From: Pecten maximus
Taxonomy: Eukaryota
Assembly (NCBI RefSeq): GCF_902652985.1
Contig: NC_047019.1
Coordinates: forward strand, 14,318,097 to 14,382,096
Reading direction: 5' to 3'
DNA length: 64,000 bases
Part shown: positions 13,401 through 25,959 of the stretch, piece after piece
Layout of the letters: every line of letters begins with the position of its first letter
Position numbering within the stretch: position 1 is the first letter of the stretch
Notes under the pieces: model-generated
Told to the model about the DNA's origin: nothing
What the model saw: only the letters and a program-made list of their open reading frames with translations
The model's database searches: none
Made by a program: the position numbers and the translations under genes

Positions 13401-13953
13401 ACCAGATGGTGCCTCTATCTTCTCTGCGGAAGCATGTGCCATCGATTTGGCCCTCGACCATATCGAAGAACAACGCATTAGAAAGGCAATAATTTGTTCC
13501 GACTCTCGATCTGTCCTTCAGAATTTACAATCACGAGATCCAAAGAATATACTCATACAAAACCTTGTTTTACGAATATCTCGTATCTTAAAAAAATGCA
13601 AAATAACACTACTTTGGGTTCCGAGCAATGTCGGAATTAAAGGCAACGAACTTGCTCTAAATCTGCAACAAACAAATATTAAAATACCATATACAGATTT
13701 CAAATCTGTAATTAGTTCTGCCATTCAGAGTAAATGGCAGCAACGCTGGTCTCTCGAGACGAGCAACAAACTTTTTAAAGTACAACCAAAACTTAAAACA
13801 TCAAAACCAAGTCGGAAGGATCGTAGAGAGGAAATAGTCCTCTCTCGGCTCCGTACCGGGCACACATATCCTACTCATTCGTTCCTTTTGAAACGAGAGG
13901 ACCCACCGGTGTGCTATGCATGTGATGCTCAATTCACAGTGGAGCATTTTTAG
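10444..13953 (+). CDS. LINE ORF2 (AP endonuclease, reverse transcriptase, RNase H); one in-frame TAA at 11488-11490 splits it into the 10444-11490 and 11506-13953 ORFs
   Basis: Both track ORFs are in the same frame (start coordinates ≡ 1 mod 3); the domain order is canonical; the C-terminal motif CYACDAQFTVEHF stops before the usual final Cys. Confidence 0.8.
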
Positions 13954-16077
13954 CCCACCATCATCAGATGGTGGGCTGTTCAAATCGCCCTGCGTCCGTG
14001 GTCCGTCCGTCCGTCCGGCCGTCCGTCCCTCCATCCCTCCGTCCGTAAACAATTTTTGTTATCGCTATTTCTCAGAAAGTACTGAAGGGATCTTTCTCAA
14101 ATTTCATATGTAGGTTCCCCTTGGTGCATAGTTATGCATATTGCGTTTTGAGACCAATCGGATAACAACATGGCCGACAGGCAGCCATCTTGGATTTTGA
14201 CAATTGAAGTTTGTTATCGCTATTTCTGAGAAAGTACTGAAGGGATCTTTCTCAAATTTAATATGTAGGTTCCCCTTGGTGCCTAGTTATGCATATTGCG
14301 ATTTGAGACCAATCGGAAAACAACATGGCTGACAGGCAGCCATCTTGGATTTTGACAATTGAAGTTTGTTATCACTATTTCTGAGGAAGTGCTGAATGGA
14401 TTTTTCTGAAATGTCATATATAGGTTTCCCTTGGTGCTTAGTTATGCATATTGCGTTTTGAGACCAATCCGAAAACAACATGGCCGACAGGCAGCCATCT
14501 TGGATTTTGACAATTGAAGTTTGTTATCGCTATTTCTGAGAAAGTACTGAAGGGATCTTTCTCAAATTTAATATGTAGGTTCCCCTTGGTGCCTAGTTAT
14601 GCATATTGCGATTTGAGACCAATCGGAAAACAACATGGCTGACAGGCAGCCATCTTGGATTTTGACAATTGAAGTTTGTTATCGCTATTTCTGAGAAAGT
14701 ACTGAAGGGATCTTTCTCAAATTTAATATGTAGGTTCCCCTTGGTGCCTAGTTATGCATATTGCGATTTGAGACCAATCGGAAAACAACATGGCTGACAG
14801 GCAGCCATCTTGGATTTTGACAATTGAAGTTTGTTATCACTATTTCTGAGGAAGTGCTGAATGGATTTTTCTGAAATGTCATATATAGGTTTCCCTTGGT
14901 GCTTAGTTATGCATATTGCGTTTTGAGACCAATCCGAAAACAACATGGCCGACAGGCAGCCATCTTGGATTTTGACAATTGAAGTTTGTTATCGCTATTT
15001 CTGAGAATGTACTGAATGGATCTTTCTCAAATTGCATATGTAAGTTTCCCTTGGTGCCTAGTTATGCATGTTGTGTTTTGAGACCAATCTGAAAACAACA
15101 TGGCCGACAGGCAGCCATCTTGGATTTTGACAATTTAAGTTTGTTATCACTATTTCTGAGAAAGTACTGAATGGATCTTTCTGAAATTTCATATGTAAGT
15201 TTCCCTTGGTGCCTAGTTATGCATATTGCGTTTTGAGATCAATTGGAAAACAACATGGCCGACAGGCAGCCATCTTGGATTTTGACAATTGAAGTTTGTT
15301 ATCGCTATTTCTGAGAAAGTACTGAATGGATCTTTCTGAAATGTCATATATAGGTTTCCCTTGGTGCTTAGTTATGCATATTGCGTTTTGAGACCAATCC
15401 GAAAACAACATGGCCGACAGGCAGCCATCTTGGATTTTGACAATTGAAGTTTGTTATCGCTATTTCTGAGAATGTACTGAATGGATCTTTCTCAAATTGC
15501 ATATGTAAGTTTCCCTTGGTGCCTAGTTATGCATGTTGTGTTTTGAGACCAATCTGAAAACAACATGGCCGACAGGCAGCCATCTTGGATTTTGACAATT
15601 TAAGTTTGTTATCACTATTTCTGAGAAAGTACTGAATGGATCTTTCTGAAATTTCATATGTAGGTTTCCCTTGGTGCCTAGTTATGCATATTGCGTTTTG
15701 AGATCAATTGGAAAACAATATGGCCGACAGACCGCCATCTTGGATTTTGATAATTGAAGTTTGTTATCTCTATTTCTCAAAGTACTGAATGGATCTTTCT
15801 CAAATGTCATAAGTAGGTTCCCCTTGGTCCCTTGTATTGCATTTTTGGACCAGTCTGTCCTGAAAACAACCTGGCAAACAAACAGCCATTATCGTTAAAT
15901 CTCAAATTTCTTATATAGCTAGGATTCCCTTGTTTGAAAAGTACTGGAGGGATGTCTCAATTTGCACAGATTAGTAAAATGAAGGGAAAAGTAGAGAAAA
16001 GATCAATCTGACATGGAACCTATGAAGATCATTCAATGGTGGGCGCCAAGATCCCTCTGGGATCTCTTGTTTAATAG
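13954..16077 (+). mobile_element. Satellite-carrier module abutting the LINE ORF2 stop: 5' palindrome agcccaccatc/gatggtgggct, GTCCGTCC repeats, a 155-bp satellite, and a 3' ...ctctgggatctcttgtt
   Basis: The 5' TAGCCCACC resembles the carrier 5' end TTAGCTCACC; the 3' tail resembles GGGCCTCTTGTT. Confidence 0.5.
14060..15790. repeat. 155-bp satellite, about 11 units, with a 465-bp (3-unit) higher-order repeat (HOR)
   Basis: The caattgaagtttgtt landmark recurs every 155 bp; identical minus-strand track ORFs at 14287, 14752 and 15217 lie 465 bp apart. Confidence 0.9.
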
Positions 16078-16097
16078 AATGTTCCGATTTCAAGCAC

Positions 16098-16215
16098 ATA
16101 TGGAAATGTAATGGATATACAGAAATGTAATGGATATACAGAAATGTAATGGATATACGAGAAATGTAATGGGTATACAAAAATGTAATGGTACACAAAA
16201 ATGTAATGGGCAATG
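16098..16215. repeat. Resumption of the 19-21-bp aaatgtaatggrtatac minisatellite
   Basis: Same unit as 7554-8454. Confidence 0.85.
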
Positions 16216-16410
16216 GAAGTTTTATCCCAAAGTAATTAAGCCCCAGCAAAAATAGGCCCTCTCCTTCATTATTGCAGAATCGTAACCTATCGTATATTAT
16301 AGTAAGCTAAAAGTGTTTCCAAAATAAGCCCTTCCTTAACTGAAATACTTAATTTCTCTTTACAATTTGAGGAAAGTGACTTAATCATTTAAATAGAAAT
16401 AGATAGTATA

Positions 16411-16640
16411 TTGTGGATTACAGTTACAGATATTACCAAGTAGTTAGTTTGCGGATAACAGTGAGTTTAAGATATTTTCCAGTGGTTAGTTTGCGGATTA
16501 CAGTTTAAGATATTTTCCAGTTGTTAGTTTGCGGATTACAGTTTTAAGATATTTTCCAGTTGTTAGTTTGCAGATTACAGTTTAAGATATTTTCCAGTTG
16601 TTAGTTTGTGGATTACAGTTCCAGATATTACAAAGAATAT
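16411..16640. repeat. 38-bp tandem repeat (gttagtttgcggattacagtttaagatattttccagtt), about 6 copies, immediately upstream of an exon acceptor
   Basis: Direct tandem units. Confidence 0.85.
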
Positions 16641-16668
16641 ATTTTCTTCTTAATCTCTGATGTTACAG

Positions 16669-16763
16669 ACTGCGCCGTCTGAGGAGTCTGAGGATGACGA
16701 TATGGCGTTTGGACTGTTTGATGATGGCATGGATTTCAGATCGGAAAGGAAGGCGAAGCTAAA
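16669..16763 (+). CDS. Host gene exon: TAPSEESEDDDMAFGLFDDGMDFRSERKAKLK
   Basis: tgttacag acceptor; weak GTACAA donor at 16764; phase 0 in, 2 nt out, matching the next exon; acidic DDDMAFGLFDD motif. Confidence 0.5.
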
Positions 16764-17468
16764 GTACAAACTACTTAACATTTCCTTTTATACCTATAAA
16801 AGATGGATTTATAGATGATGTCGCTTTTTAGCCATGTACGGTTTTGTCATGGCAACAGCCTGTCATAATTATATATTTTTCTTTTGAAACACTACGTATA
16901 GTTCAGAATAACTGACTAAATTGACCAAATATCTAAGAAACAAAAAAATAATCAAACTTGGGCATGTTCTGTTGACAGGGATATTTCATAGGAGGGGGGG
17001 GGGGTAAAGACAGCCGGAACACGCTATATGACACTGCTCACAATGCACATTCAAACCAGTTAGCATTGAAGACAGTGAGATAAAAATAACTTTTATAAAA
17101 ACTTACATTTGGTTGCAAGTATGTGAGAAAAATAATCAAACAAGCCTCGTGCTGACTGGCCAAACTCTTACACTCAGGTTGAGATATCCCTGTCCAAGGA
17201 ACAGACCCGTGATAGATTCTATTAATCTATGTTACTGCTTGAAAGTGACAGGGAATATTGGCAGTCCTACTTTTAATAATATTTTGTTTAACTCTAAAAG
17301 CTCAAATATCCAGATGATTGATTCAGGTCTTCTTTGCATCTTGACATGCATTCAGTTCATTATATTTTTGGTCAAGTTTTCTCAGGATATCTTCGGTAAG
17401 GCTGTTCATAAATGATGCAATTTTTATGAAGTTTCAATAAATTTTGTTCCTGTTTTTTTCTTTTGTAG

Positions 17469-18408
17469 GGATTCAGTAGATGACTTGTTAGATCTCTCAG
17501 CAGACTTGGAGACAGATACTATATACAGTGCACCTTTTTCTGCTTCTGAAATGCGCATAGGTCCCCCTCCCTCATCACAATCTGCCATGGCTTCTAGATC
17601 AGCAGGACTTCCTCCCCAACCTGCACAACCTGCCATGATGGCTCTTAAGTCAGCAGAATCTCGTCGACCTGCACAATCTTTCATAGCTTCTGAAAGAGCA
17701 GCACCTCCTCCACCTCCTCCTCCACCTTCAAAGCCTACCATGTCATATGAATTAGAGAAAGCTTCTCCTAAATTAGCAATGTTTGATGTAATGGCTGATG
17801 AATCAAGAGACCATCCTCCCCCAGTCCCACTTCTTGCCATGTCCAGAGGAGCTCCTCCACCTCCAGGAGGTCCTCCCCCAGTACCATTGAATGTCATAAA
17901 TAAAGGCGCACCTCCCCCAGTCCCTCTGTATGATACATTAGGAGGTAGTCCTCCTCCAATCCCACAAGGTCGCATGAGAGGTCTAGTAAGGCGAGGTATT
18001 GAACTAACCCCACATTCTGCAATTGCAATGAAATCCACAAGATCTCCTCCACAGCAGGCCAAGGATTTTACATCAGCCATTCCTCCTCCCCCACCTCCAC
18101 AGCAGGCCCAGGCTTTTACATCACCTATTCCTCCTCCCCCACCTGATCAACAGCAGGCCCAGGCTTTTACATCCACCATTCCTCCTCCCCCACCTCAACA
18201 GCAGGCCCAGGCTTTTACATCGCCTATTCCTCCTCCCCCACCTCCACAGCAGGCTAAGACTTTTATATCAGCAGGGTCCTCTCCCCCTAAGTCAGTATCA
18301 CAACCTCCCATCTTTGCCCGTAAAATGTCTTCCGAAAAGAATTCCTTCAAGAGTGATGCAAATGTATCCATTGCTGTGCCTCTATCTTTAGACTTGGACC
18401 TTCTTGAG
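17469..18408 (+). CDS. Host gene large exon of 313 codons: proline-rich, with polyproline blocks (GAPPPPGGPPPVPL) and four QQAQAFTSPIPPPPPP repeats
   Basis: ttttgtag acceptor, GTAGGA donor at 18409; track ORF 17485-18420; FH1/WASP-like profilin- or SH3-binding polyproline character. Confidence 0.7.
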
Positions 18409-18649
18409 GTAGGACTTTGAGATTTTGTTATTTACAATGTGCATACAAAAGTTACATAACATCTCCAGCATATGTAAGCTTAATTTGGATATACAGAATT
18501 TGTAATTGTCATCATGTTAAAATCATTATTTTAATATCATAGATTATTATTAACCATCTACTTCAATAAGCTGGTACTTACAGAATAATTTCTATGGACC
18601 AGTTTTAGAAAAATAAAACTGATTCTGGAGTCTTATGGACTTCCCTCAT

Positions 18650-21600
18650 TTGAAAAGTGTAATGAACTTTCTTCACACTCTAAGTGAATTGGACTTTCAT
18701 CATATTATAAACGTAGTGGCTTTCCCTCACATTATAAGTGTATTAGACTTCCCTCACATAATGTGTATAATGGACTTCCCTCACATTATATAAGTGTAAT
18801 GGATTTCCCTCACATTATAAGTGTATTGGACTTCCCTCACATTATAAGTGTATTAGACTTCCCTCACATGATACATGTAAGTGTATTGGACTTTCCTCAC
18901 ATAATAAGTGTATTGGACTTCCCTCACATTATAAGTGTATTGGACTTCCCTCACATAATAAGTGTATTGGACTTCCCTCACATTATAAGTGTATTGGACT
19001 TCCCTCACATAATATGTGTAATGGACTTCCCTCACATTATATAAGTGTATTGGACTTCCCTCACATTATAAGTGTATTGGACTTCCCTCACATAATATGT
19101 GTAATGGACTTCCCTCACATTATAAGTGAATTGGACTTCCCTCACATGATAAGTGTATTGGACTTCCCTCACATTATAAGTGTATTGGACTTTCCTCACA
19201 TGATTAGTGTATTGGACTTCCCTCACATTATATCAGTGTATTGGACTTCCCTCACATAATATGTGTAATGGACTTTCCTCACATTATAAGTGTATTGGAC
19301 TTCCCTCACATTATAAGTGTATTGGACTTCCCTCACATTATATAAGTGTATTGGACTTCCCTCACATAATATGTGTAATGGACTTTCCTCACATTATAAG
19401 TGTATTGGACTTCCCTCACATTATAAGTGTATTGGACTTCCCTCACATTATATAAGTGTATTGGACTTCCCTCACATTATAAGTGTATTGGACTTCCCTC
19501 ACATTATAAGTGTATTGGACTTCCCTCACATTATAAGTGTATTGGACTTTCATATTATAAGTGAATTGGACTTCCCTCACATTATAAGTGTATTGGACTT
19601 TCATCATATTATAAACGTAGTGGCTTTCCCTCCCTTTATAAGTGTATTGGACTTCCCTCACATTATAAGTGTATTGGACTTTCATCATATTATAAGTGAA
19701 TTGGACTTCCCTCACATTATAAGTGTATTGGACTTTCATCATATTATAAACGTAGTGGCTTTCCCTCCCATTATAAGTGTATTAGACTTCCCTCACATTA
19801 TAAGTGTATTGGACTTCCCTCACATGATAAGTGTATTGGACTTCCCTCACATTATAAGTGTATTGGACTTCCCTCACATTATAAGTGTATTAGACTTCCC
19901 TCACATTATAAGTGTATTGGACTTCCCTCACATTATATAAGTGTATTGGACTTCCCTCACATGATAAGTGTATTGGACTTCCCTCACATTATAAGTGTAT
20001 TGGACTTCCCTCACATTATAAGTGTATTGGACTTCCCTCATATTATAAGTGTATTGGACTTCCCTCACATGATAAGTGTATTGGACTTCCCTCACATGAT
20101 AAGTGTATTGGACTTCCCTCACGTTATAAGTGTATTGGACTTCCCTCACATTATAAGTGTATTGGACTTCCCTCACATTATAAGTGTATTGGACTTCCCT
20201 CACATTATAAGTGTATTGGACTTCCCTCACATTATAAGTGTATTAGACTTCCCTCACATTATAAGTGTATTGGACTTCCCTCACATTATAAGTGTATTGG
20301 ACTTCCCTCACATTATATAAGTGTATTGGACTTCCCTCACATTATAAGTGTATTGGACTTCCCTCACATTATAAGTGTATTGGACTTCCCTCACATTATA
20401 AGTGTATTGGACTTCCCTCACATTATAAGTGTATTGGACTTCCCTCACATTATAAGTGTATTGGACTTCCCTCACATTATAAGTGTATTGGACTTCCCTC
20501 ACATTATAAGTGTATTGGACTTCCCTCACATTATAAGTGTATTGGACTTCCCTCACATTATAAGTGTATTGGACTTCCCTCACATTATAAGTGTATTGGA
20601 CTTCCCTCACATTATAAGTGTATTGGACTTCCCTCACATTATAAGTGTATTAGACTTCCCTCACATTATAAGTGTATTGGACTTCCCTCACATTATAAGT
20701 GTATTGGACTTCCCTCACATTATAAGTGTATTGGACTTCCCTCACATTATAAGTGTATTGGACTTCCCTCACATTATAAGTGTATTGGACTTCCCTCACA
20801 TTATAAGTGTATTGGACTTCCCTCACATTATAAGTGTATTGGACTTCCCTCACATTATAAGTGTATTGGACTTCCCTCACATTATAAGTGTATTGGACTT
20901 CCCTCACATTATAAGTGTATTGGACTTCCCTCACATTATAAGTGTATTGGACTTCCCTCACATTATAAGTGTATTGGACTTCCATCACATTATAAGTGTA
21001 TTGGACTTCCCTCACATTATAAGTGTATTGGACTTCCCTCACATTATAAGTGTATTGGACTTCCCTCACATTATATAAGTGTATTGGACTTCCCTCACAT
21101 TATAAGTGTATTGGACTTCCCTCACATTATATAAGTGTATTGGACTTCCCTCACATTATAAGTGTATTGGACTTCCCTCACATTATAAGTGTATTGGACT
21201 TCCCTCACATTATATAAGTGTATTGGACTTCCCTCACATTATAAGTGTATTGGACTTCCCTCACATTATAAGTGTATTGGACTTCCCTCACATTATAAGT
21301 GTATTGGACTTCCCCTCACATTATAAGTGTAATGGACTTCCCTCACATAATAGGTGTAATGGACTTCCCTCACATTATAAGTGTATTGGACTTCCCTCAC
21401 ATTATAAGTGTATTGGACTTCCCTCACATTATAAGTGTATTGGACTTCCCTCACATTATAAGTGTAATGGACTTCCCTCACATTATATAAGTGTATTGGA
21501 CTTCCCTCACATTATAAGTGTATTTGACTTCCCTCACATTATATAAGTGTAATGGACTTCCCTCACATTATAAGTGTATTTGACTTCCCTCACATTATAT

Positions 21601-23212
21601 AAGTGTATTGGACTTCCCTCACATTATAAGTGTATTGGACTTCCCTCACATTATAAGTGTATTGGACTTCCCCTCACATTATAAGTGTAATGGACTTCCC
21701 TCACATAATAGGTGTAATGGACTTCCCTCACATTATAAGTGTATTGGACTTCCCTCACATTATAAGTGTATTGGACTTCCCTCACATTATAAGTGTATTG
21801 GATTTCCCTCACATTATAAGTGTATTGGACTTCCCTCACATTATAAGTGTATTGGACTTCCCCTCACATTATAAGTGTAATGGACTTCCCTCACATTATA
21901 AGTGTAATGGACTTCCCTCACATAATAGGTGTAATGGACTTCCCTCACATTATAAGTGTATTGGACTTCCCTCACATTATAAGTGTATTGGACTTCCCTC
22001 ACATTATAAGTGTATTGGACTTCCCTCACATTATAAGTGTAATGGACTTCCCTCACATTATATAAGTGTATTGGACTTCCCTCACATTATAAGTGTATTT
22101 GACTTCCCTCACATTATATAAGTGTAATGGACTTCCCTCACATTATAAGTGTATTTGACTTCCCTCACATTATATAAGTGTATTGGACTTCCCTCACATT
22201 ATAAGTGTATTGGACTTCCCTCACATTATAAGTGTATTGGACTTCCCTCACATTATAAGTGTATTGGACTTCCCCTCACATTATAAGTGTAATGGACTTC
22301 CCTCACATAATAGGTGTAATGGACTTCCCTCACATTATAAGTGTAATGGACTTCCCTCACATTATAAGTGTAATGGACTTCCCTCACATTATAAGTGTAT
22401 TGGACTTCCCTCACATTATAAGTGTATTAGACTTCCCTCACATTATAAGTGTATTGGACTTTCCTCACATTATAAGTGTAATAGACTTCCCTCACATTAT
22501 AAGTGTATTGGACTTCCCTCACATTATAAGTGTATTGGACTTCCCTCACATTATATAAGTGTAATGGACTTCCCTCACATTATATAAGTGTATTGGACTT
22601 CCCTCACATTATAAGTGTAATGGACTTCCCTCACATTATAAGTGTATTGGACTTCCCTCACATTATAAGTGTATTGGATTTCCCTCACATTATAAGTGTA
22701 TTGGACTTCCCTCACATTATAAGTGTATTAGACTTCCCTCACATGATAAGTGTATTGGACTTTCCTCACATTATAAGTGTAATGGACTTTCCTCACATTA
22801 TAAGTGTAATGGACTTCCCTCACATTATAAGTGTATTGGACTTCCCTCACATTATAAGTGTATTGGACTTCCCTCACATTATAAGTGTATTGGACTTCCC
22901 TCACATTATAAGTGTATTGGACTTCCCTCACATGATAAGTGTATTGGACTTCCCTCACATGATAAGTGTATTGGACTTCCCTCACATTATAAGTGTATTG
23001 GACTTCCCTCACATGATAAGTGTATTGGACTTCCCTCACATTATATGAGTGTATTATACTTCCCTCACATGATAAGTGTATTAGACTTCCCTCACATTAT
23101 AAGTGTATTGGACTTTCCTCACATTATAAGTGTAATAGACTTCCCTCACATTATAAGTGTATTGGACTTCCCTCACATGATAAGTGTATTGGACTTCCCT
23201 CACATGATAGAT
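18650..23212. repeat. 27-bp minisatellite (acttccctcacattataagtgtattgg), about 165 copies, 4.5 kb, intronic
   Basis: Strict 27-bp periodicity with 29-bp tatataagtg variants; produces long artifact ORFs on both strands. Confidence 0.95.
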
Positions 23213-23850
23213 ATAATTCTTTTGCAATCCATCAATATTTACATATATGTCTATCAGGTATTACAGGGTGTTTATACACTACGACTTAGTTATTGGGGAG
23301 ATGTGTTTGGTTGAGTGAATTTCAGAGTTTGCTTAAGTTTATTTTTAATCTGGGGCAAGTGAGACACATACAGAAATGTAATTATACCTAATTCCTGGAC
23401 ATATCGGTTGATTCTGTTAGTAAAAAGTGAATCTTTATAGGTATTCAATATGAAAATATTCTAAGGCACCAGTCATTAACAGTGAAACTGTGGGAGACTA
23501 TAGGTTTCCTCTCAGTCCGTCTTGTATATGTGTATGTAACGCAAAAGATTGCCAGCGCTCAAACAACTTCATTTTTTGAGGGAGAGATTTTGATCAATTT
23601 CTTTACAATGACCAGTTCAAGTTTTAGGGTTTCAGGGTCAAGGTCACTGTAACTATTTTTAGCAGGGGCTAGTAGGGAACATGTACTGCAATAGCAATAT
23701 AACCAGTATGTGTGTTTTTTCTGTCGAAGTTGCAGACAAGATAATTGTATATATAAACATTAACTATGATATAAAAGGTGACCAATATATTTATTCAAAT
23801 AAGACTTTGATTTGATAATTTGTCACATGGTTTGTATTTGTAAAATTTAG

Positions 23851-23907
23851 GTTGAATCATCAACCAGTATGCCAAGTGTTGAAGAAAAGAGTGTTGTCAT
23901 TGAGGAG
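23851..23907 (+). CDS. Host gene micro-exon: VESSTSMPSVEEKSVVIEE
   Basis: tttag acceptor, GTAGGT donor; phase 0/0; the exon-end motif attgtcattgaggagg is triplicated just downstream (23897-23980). Confidence 0.5.
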
Positions 23908-25061
23908 GTAGGTATATTTACAGGCATAAGTAATTGTCATTGAGGAGGTACAGACATTTATATGTACATGTATTGTCATTGAGGAGGCAGGTATATTTCT
24001 AATCTGTGAGAGGTACTTTAACTACAGACTTCTGTGGATTACAAGACAGATTTTACGCACATTTGTCAGTATGCAATTGTAAGCAGGGGCAGCATTGCTA
24101 TATCAGGATTTTCGGTCATTTTATACACCCCCTACCATAAAGAATGATGGTACATTTCTAACAAATAGTTGGTAATTTTCAAACACATGTAATTCTACAT
24201 TATTTTTATTTGAATGTACATACAATAAGCCTTCATCAATTGTTTTATCTTGATTATCTTCGTTTAGATTACCTCCCTTGACAGTTTCTGACACTGTCAT
24301 CACCACCAACCCATTATTTTTGCTGTTGCTTGGTAACATGGAAGTCAGTTTGTTATTGGCTTATGACTAAGACAAATATTCAAATGCTTAAATCTTAATT
24401 GTAATCCAAGGCACATAATTTGGCATTTAACTTTGTTGTAGATTTGTGCTTACTGATATATTCAAATTTTGCAAAGAAAAAATGTAAAGAACGGACTGAA
24501 TTTCTGTATACATCAGTCTATTAATGTTTAATTTATAAACTCTAAATAGATTTCATTATCATAGCAAAAATAGTGTTAAATAAGTAAGGTTGATTTCATT
24601 ATCATAGCAAAAATAGTGTTAAATATGTAAGGTTGGATGGATTTAGTACTAAAACATTCAATATCAAATGTGTTATTCCAAAACATGTCAAAGTTTTAAG
24701 AGAGAAGCTTAAGGATGTTATTACGAAGTGATATGTGTGTGTATGTGGGCTTCAGCTGTGTTCAGGTGTCTAGATCTAAGTTATTACGGGTATTCATAAA
24801 AATGATACTCTACTTTAATCTCTATCTTTGTACAGTAATATTTTATAATGTTGAAAAGGGTTAGTGCCACACTGAAAGCATTTGCAATACTATAAAATTT
24901 ATGATTTTCAAGAAGAAAAAAACACAATACATTGTAGTTCGTTGGCAAAACTCTTTACATCCAGTGTGTTTTATAGGCTATACAGCAATGAAAATTGAAA
25001 AAAAAAGTTCAAACATCACAATAGACTTATATTATATGTAGTTGTTATTTGAATTGCACAG

Positions 25062-25109
25062 GAACAACCAAAAAATCCTTACAGAAAGAAAAAGAAACAG
25101 GTGGCAAAG
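25062..25109 (+). CDS. Host gene micro-exon: EQPKNPYRKKKKQVAK
   Basis: gcacag acceptor, GTAAGT donor; phase 0/0. Confidence 0.45.
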
Positions 25110-25782
25110 GTAAGTGTTGTACAAAAACACAAATCAAGTGAAGACATACATGTACATGTATTTAAATATGAATTAATTTGTAAATAGATACACTGTGTGT
25201 TAATTGATGAATTTAAAACTAACTACAGTTTGTTTGTCCTTCTGCAACTTAATTACCAGTTATACTACATGTACAACATGGAGATTTAAGATGTATAGAT
25301 AGATATATGTCAATGACCAACAATTTTTTTAACAAAATGTTCTGTTTTATGGAGATTTGAGATGTATAGATTGATTTTTCTCTCACCCTGGACAGGGATA
25401 TCCGCAGTTTTACTGGGATGAGATATACTTATCTCACCCTAGGGAAAAGACAAGCTAAACATACTCTTTGAAAGTGCTCTTGTTCTCGATAGGGTGATGT
25501 CACCATGACCTGACCCGGAACGTTTGAATGCTAAATATCAATATTTTTCAAGAAAAAGAAATTTAAATAAGTATTAATTATCAGAGTTAACCGAGTGTTT
25601 GGTGTTCTTTTTGAAAAGCTAATCGGAACTATATTTTGTATGAAATCAACATCGTAAGTTGTAAAGCGTCTGCTGCAGCCTTATCACAACTGTCGTCCAC
25701 CGCCAGTGTGTTGTTTACATACGTTTGGATTTGGTTCACACTTCGATTGGAAAACAGGGCAAGAGAAAAATAATCATTCACC

Positions 25783-25930
25783 CCTTTTTGGGATGAGATA
25801 GGGGGATCTCAACCCTCGGAGGGAGATTGTTAAGTTCCCAAACACTCGGCAAGCCTCGTGTTTGGGAATTTAACAATCTCCCCCCTCGGGTTGAGATCCC
25901 CCTATCTCGCCCCAAAAGGGGTGAAAGATT
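25783..25930. repeat. Near-perfect foldback hairpin: ~68-bp arms and a 13-bp loop
   Basis: The left arm tcacccctttttgggatgagatagggggatctcaaccctcggagggagattgttaagttcccaaacac is mirrored by the right arm. Confidence 0.8.
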
Positions 25931-25959
25931 CTATTAATCTCAATGACTGCGCTTACGGT

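Larger units (their letters stand above)
8455..13953 (+). mobile_element. Near-full-length non-LTR retrotransposon (I/LOA/R1/Jockey-like: gag-like ORF1 plus APE-RT-RNaseH ORF2)
   Basis: ~400-bp 5'UTR; ORF1 with three CCHC knuckles; ORF2 endonuclease motif (IIQWNIRGLRANIEE...FCLQE), RT motifs (FFDLEKAYDTT, FVDDFLI), RNase H (TDGSKDG) and a C-terminal Cys/His motif. Confidence 0.85.

Noticed and set aside
14287-15411. Three 64-aa minus-strand ORFs spaced 465 bp apart
   Set aside because: They come from the 155-bp satellite HOR, not from genes. They are useful only as a marker of the higher-order repeat.
16669-16763. SEESEDDDMAFGLFDD looked like the conserved C-terminus of ribosomal stalk P proteins
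   Set aside because: The motif is internal and is followed in-frame by more coding sequence and downstream exons. It is more likely a generic acidic LF motif in a scaffold protein.
17424-18080. 218-aa minus-strand Gly-rich ORF
   Set aside because: It is the antisense reading of the poly-Pro coding exon (CCN read as NGG). The sense exon has supported splice sites.
18763-23314. Very long ORFs on both strands (up to 388 aa, YKCIGLPSH / VREVQYTYN repeats)
   Set aside because: The 27-bp unit is 9 codons long and open in several frames. This is a pure minisatellite artifact.
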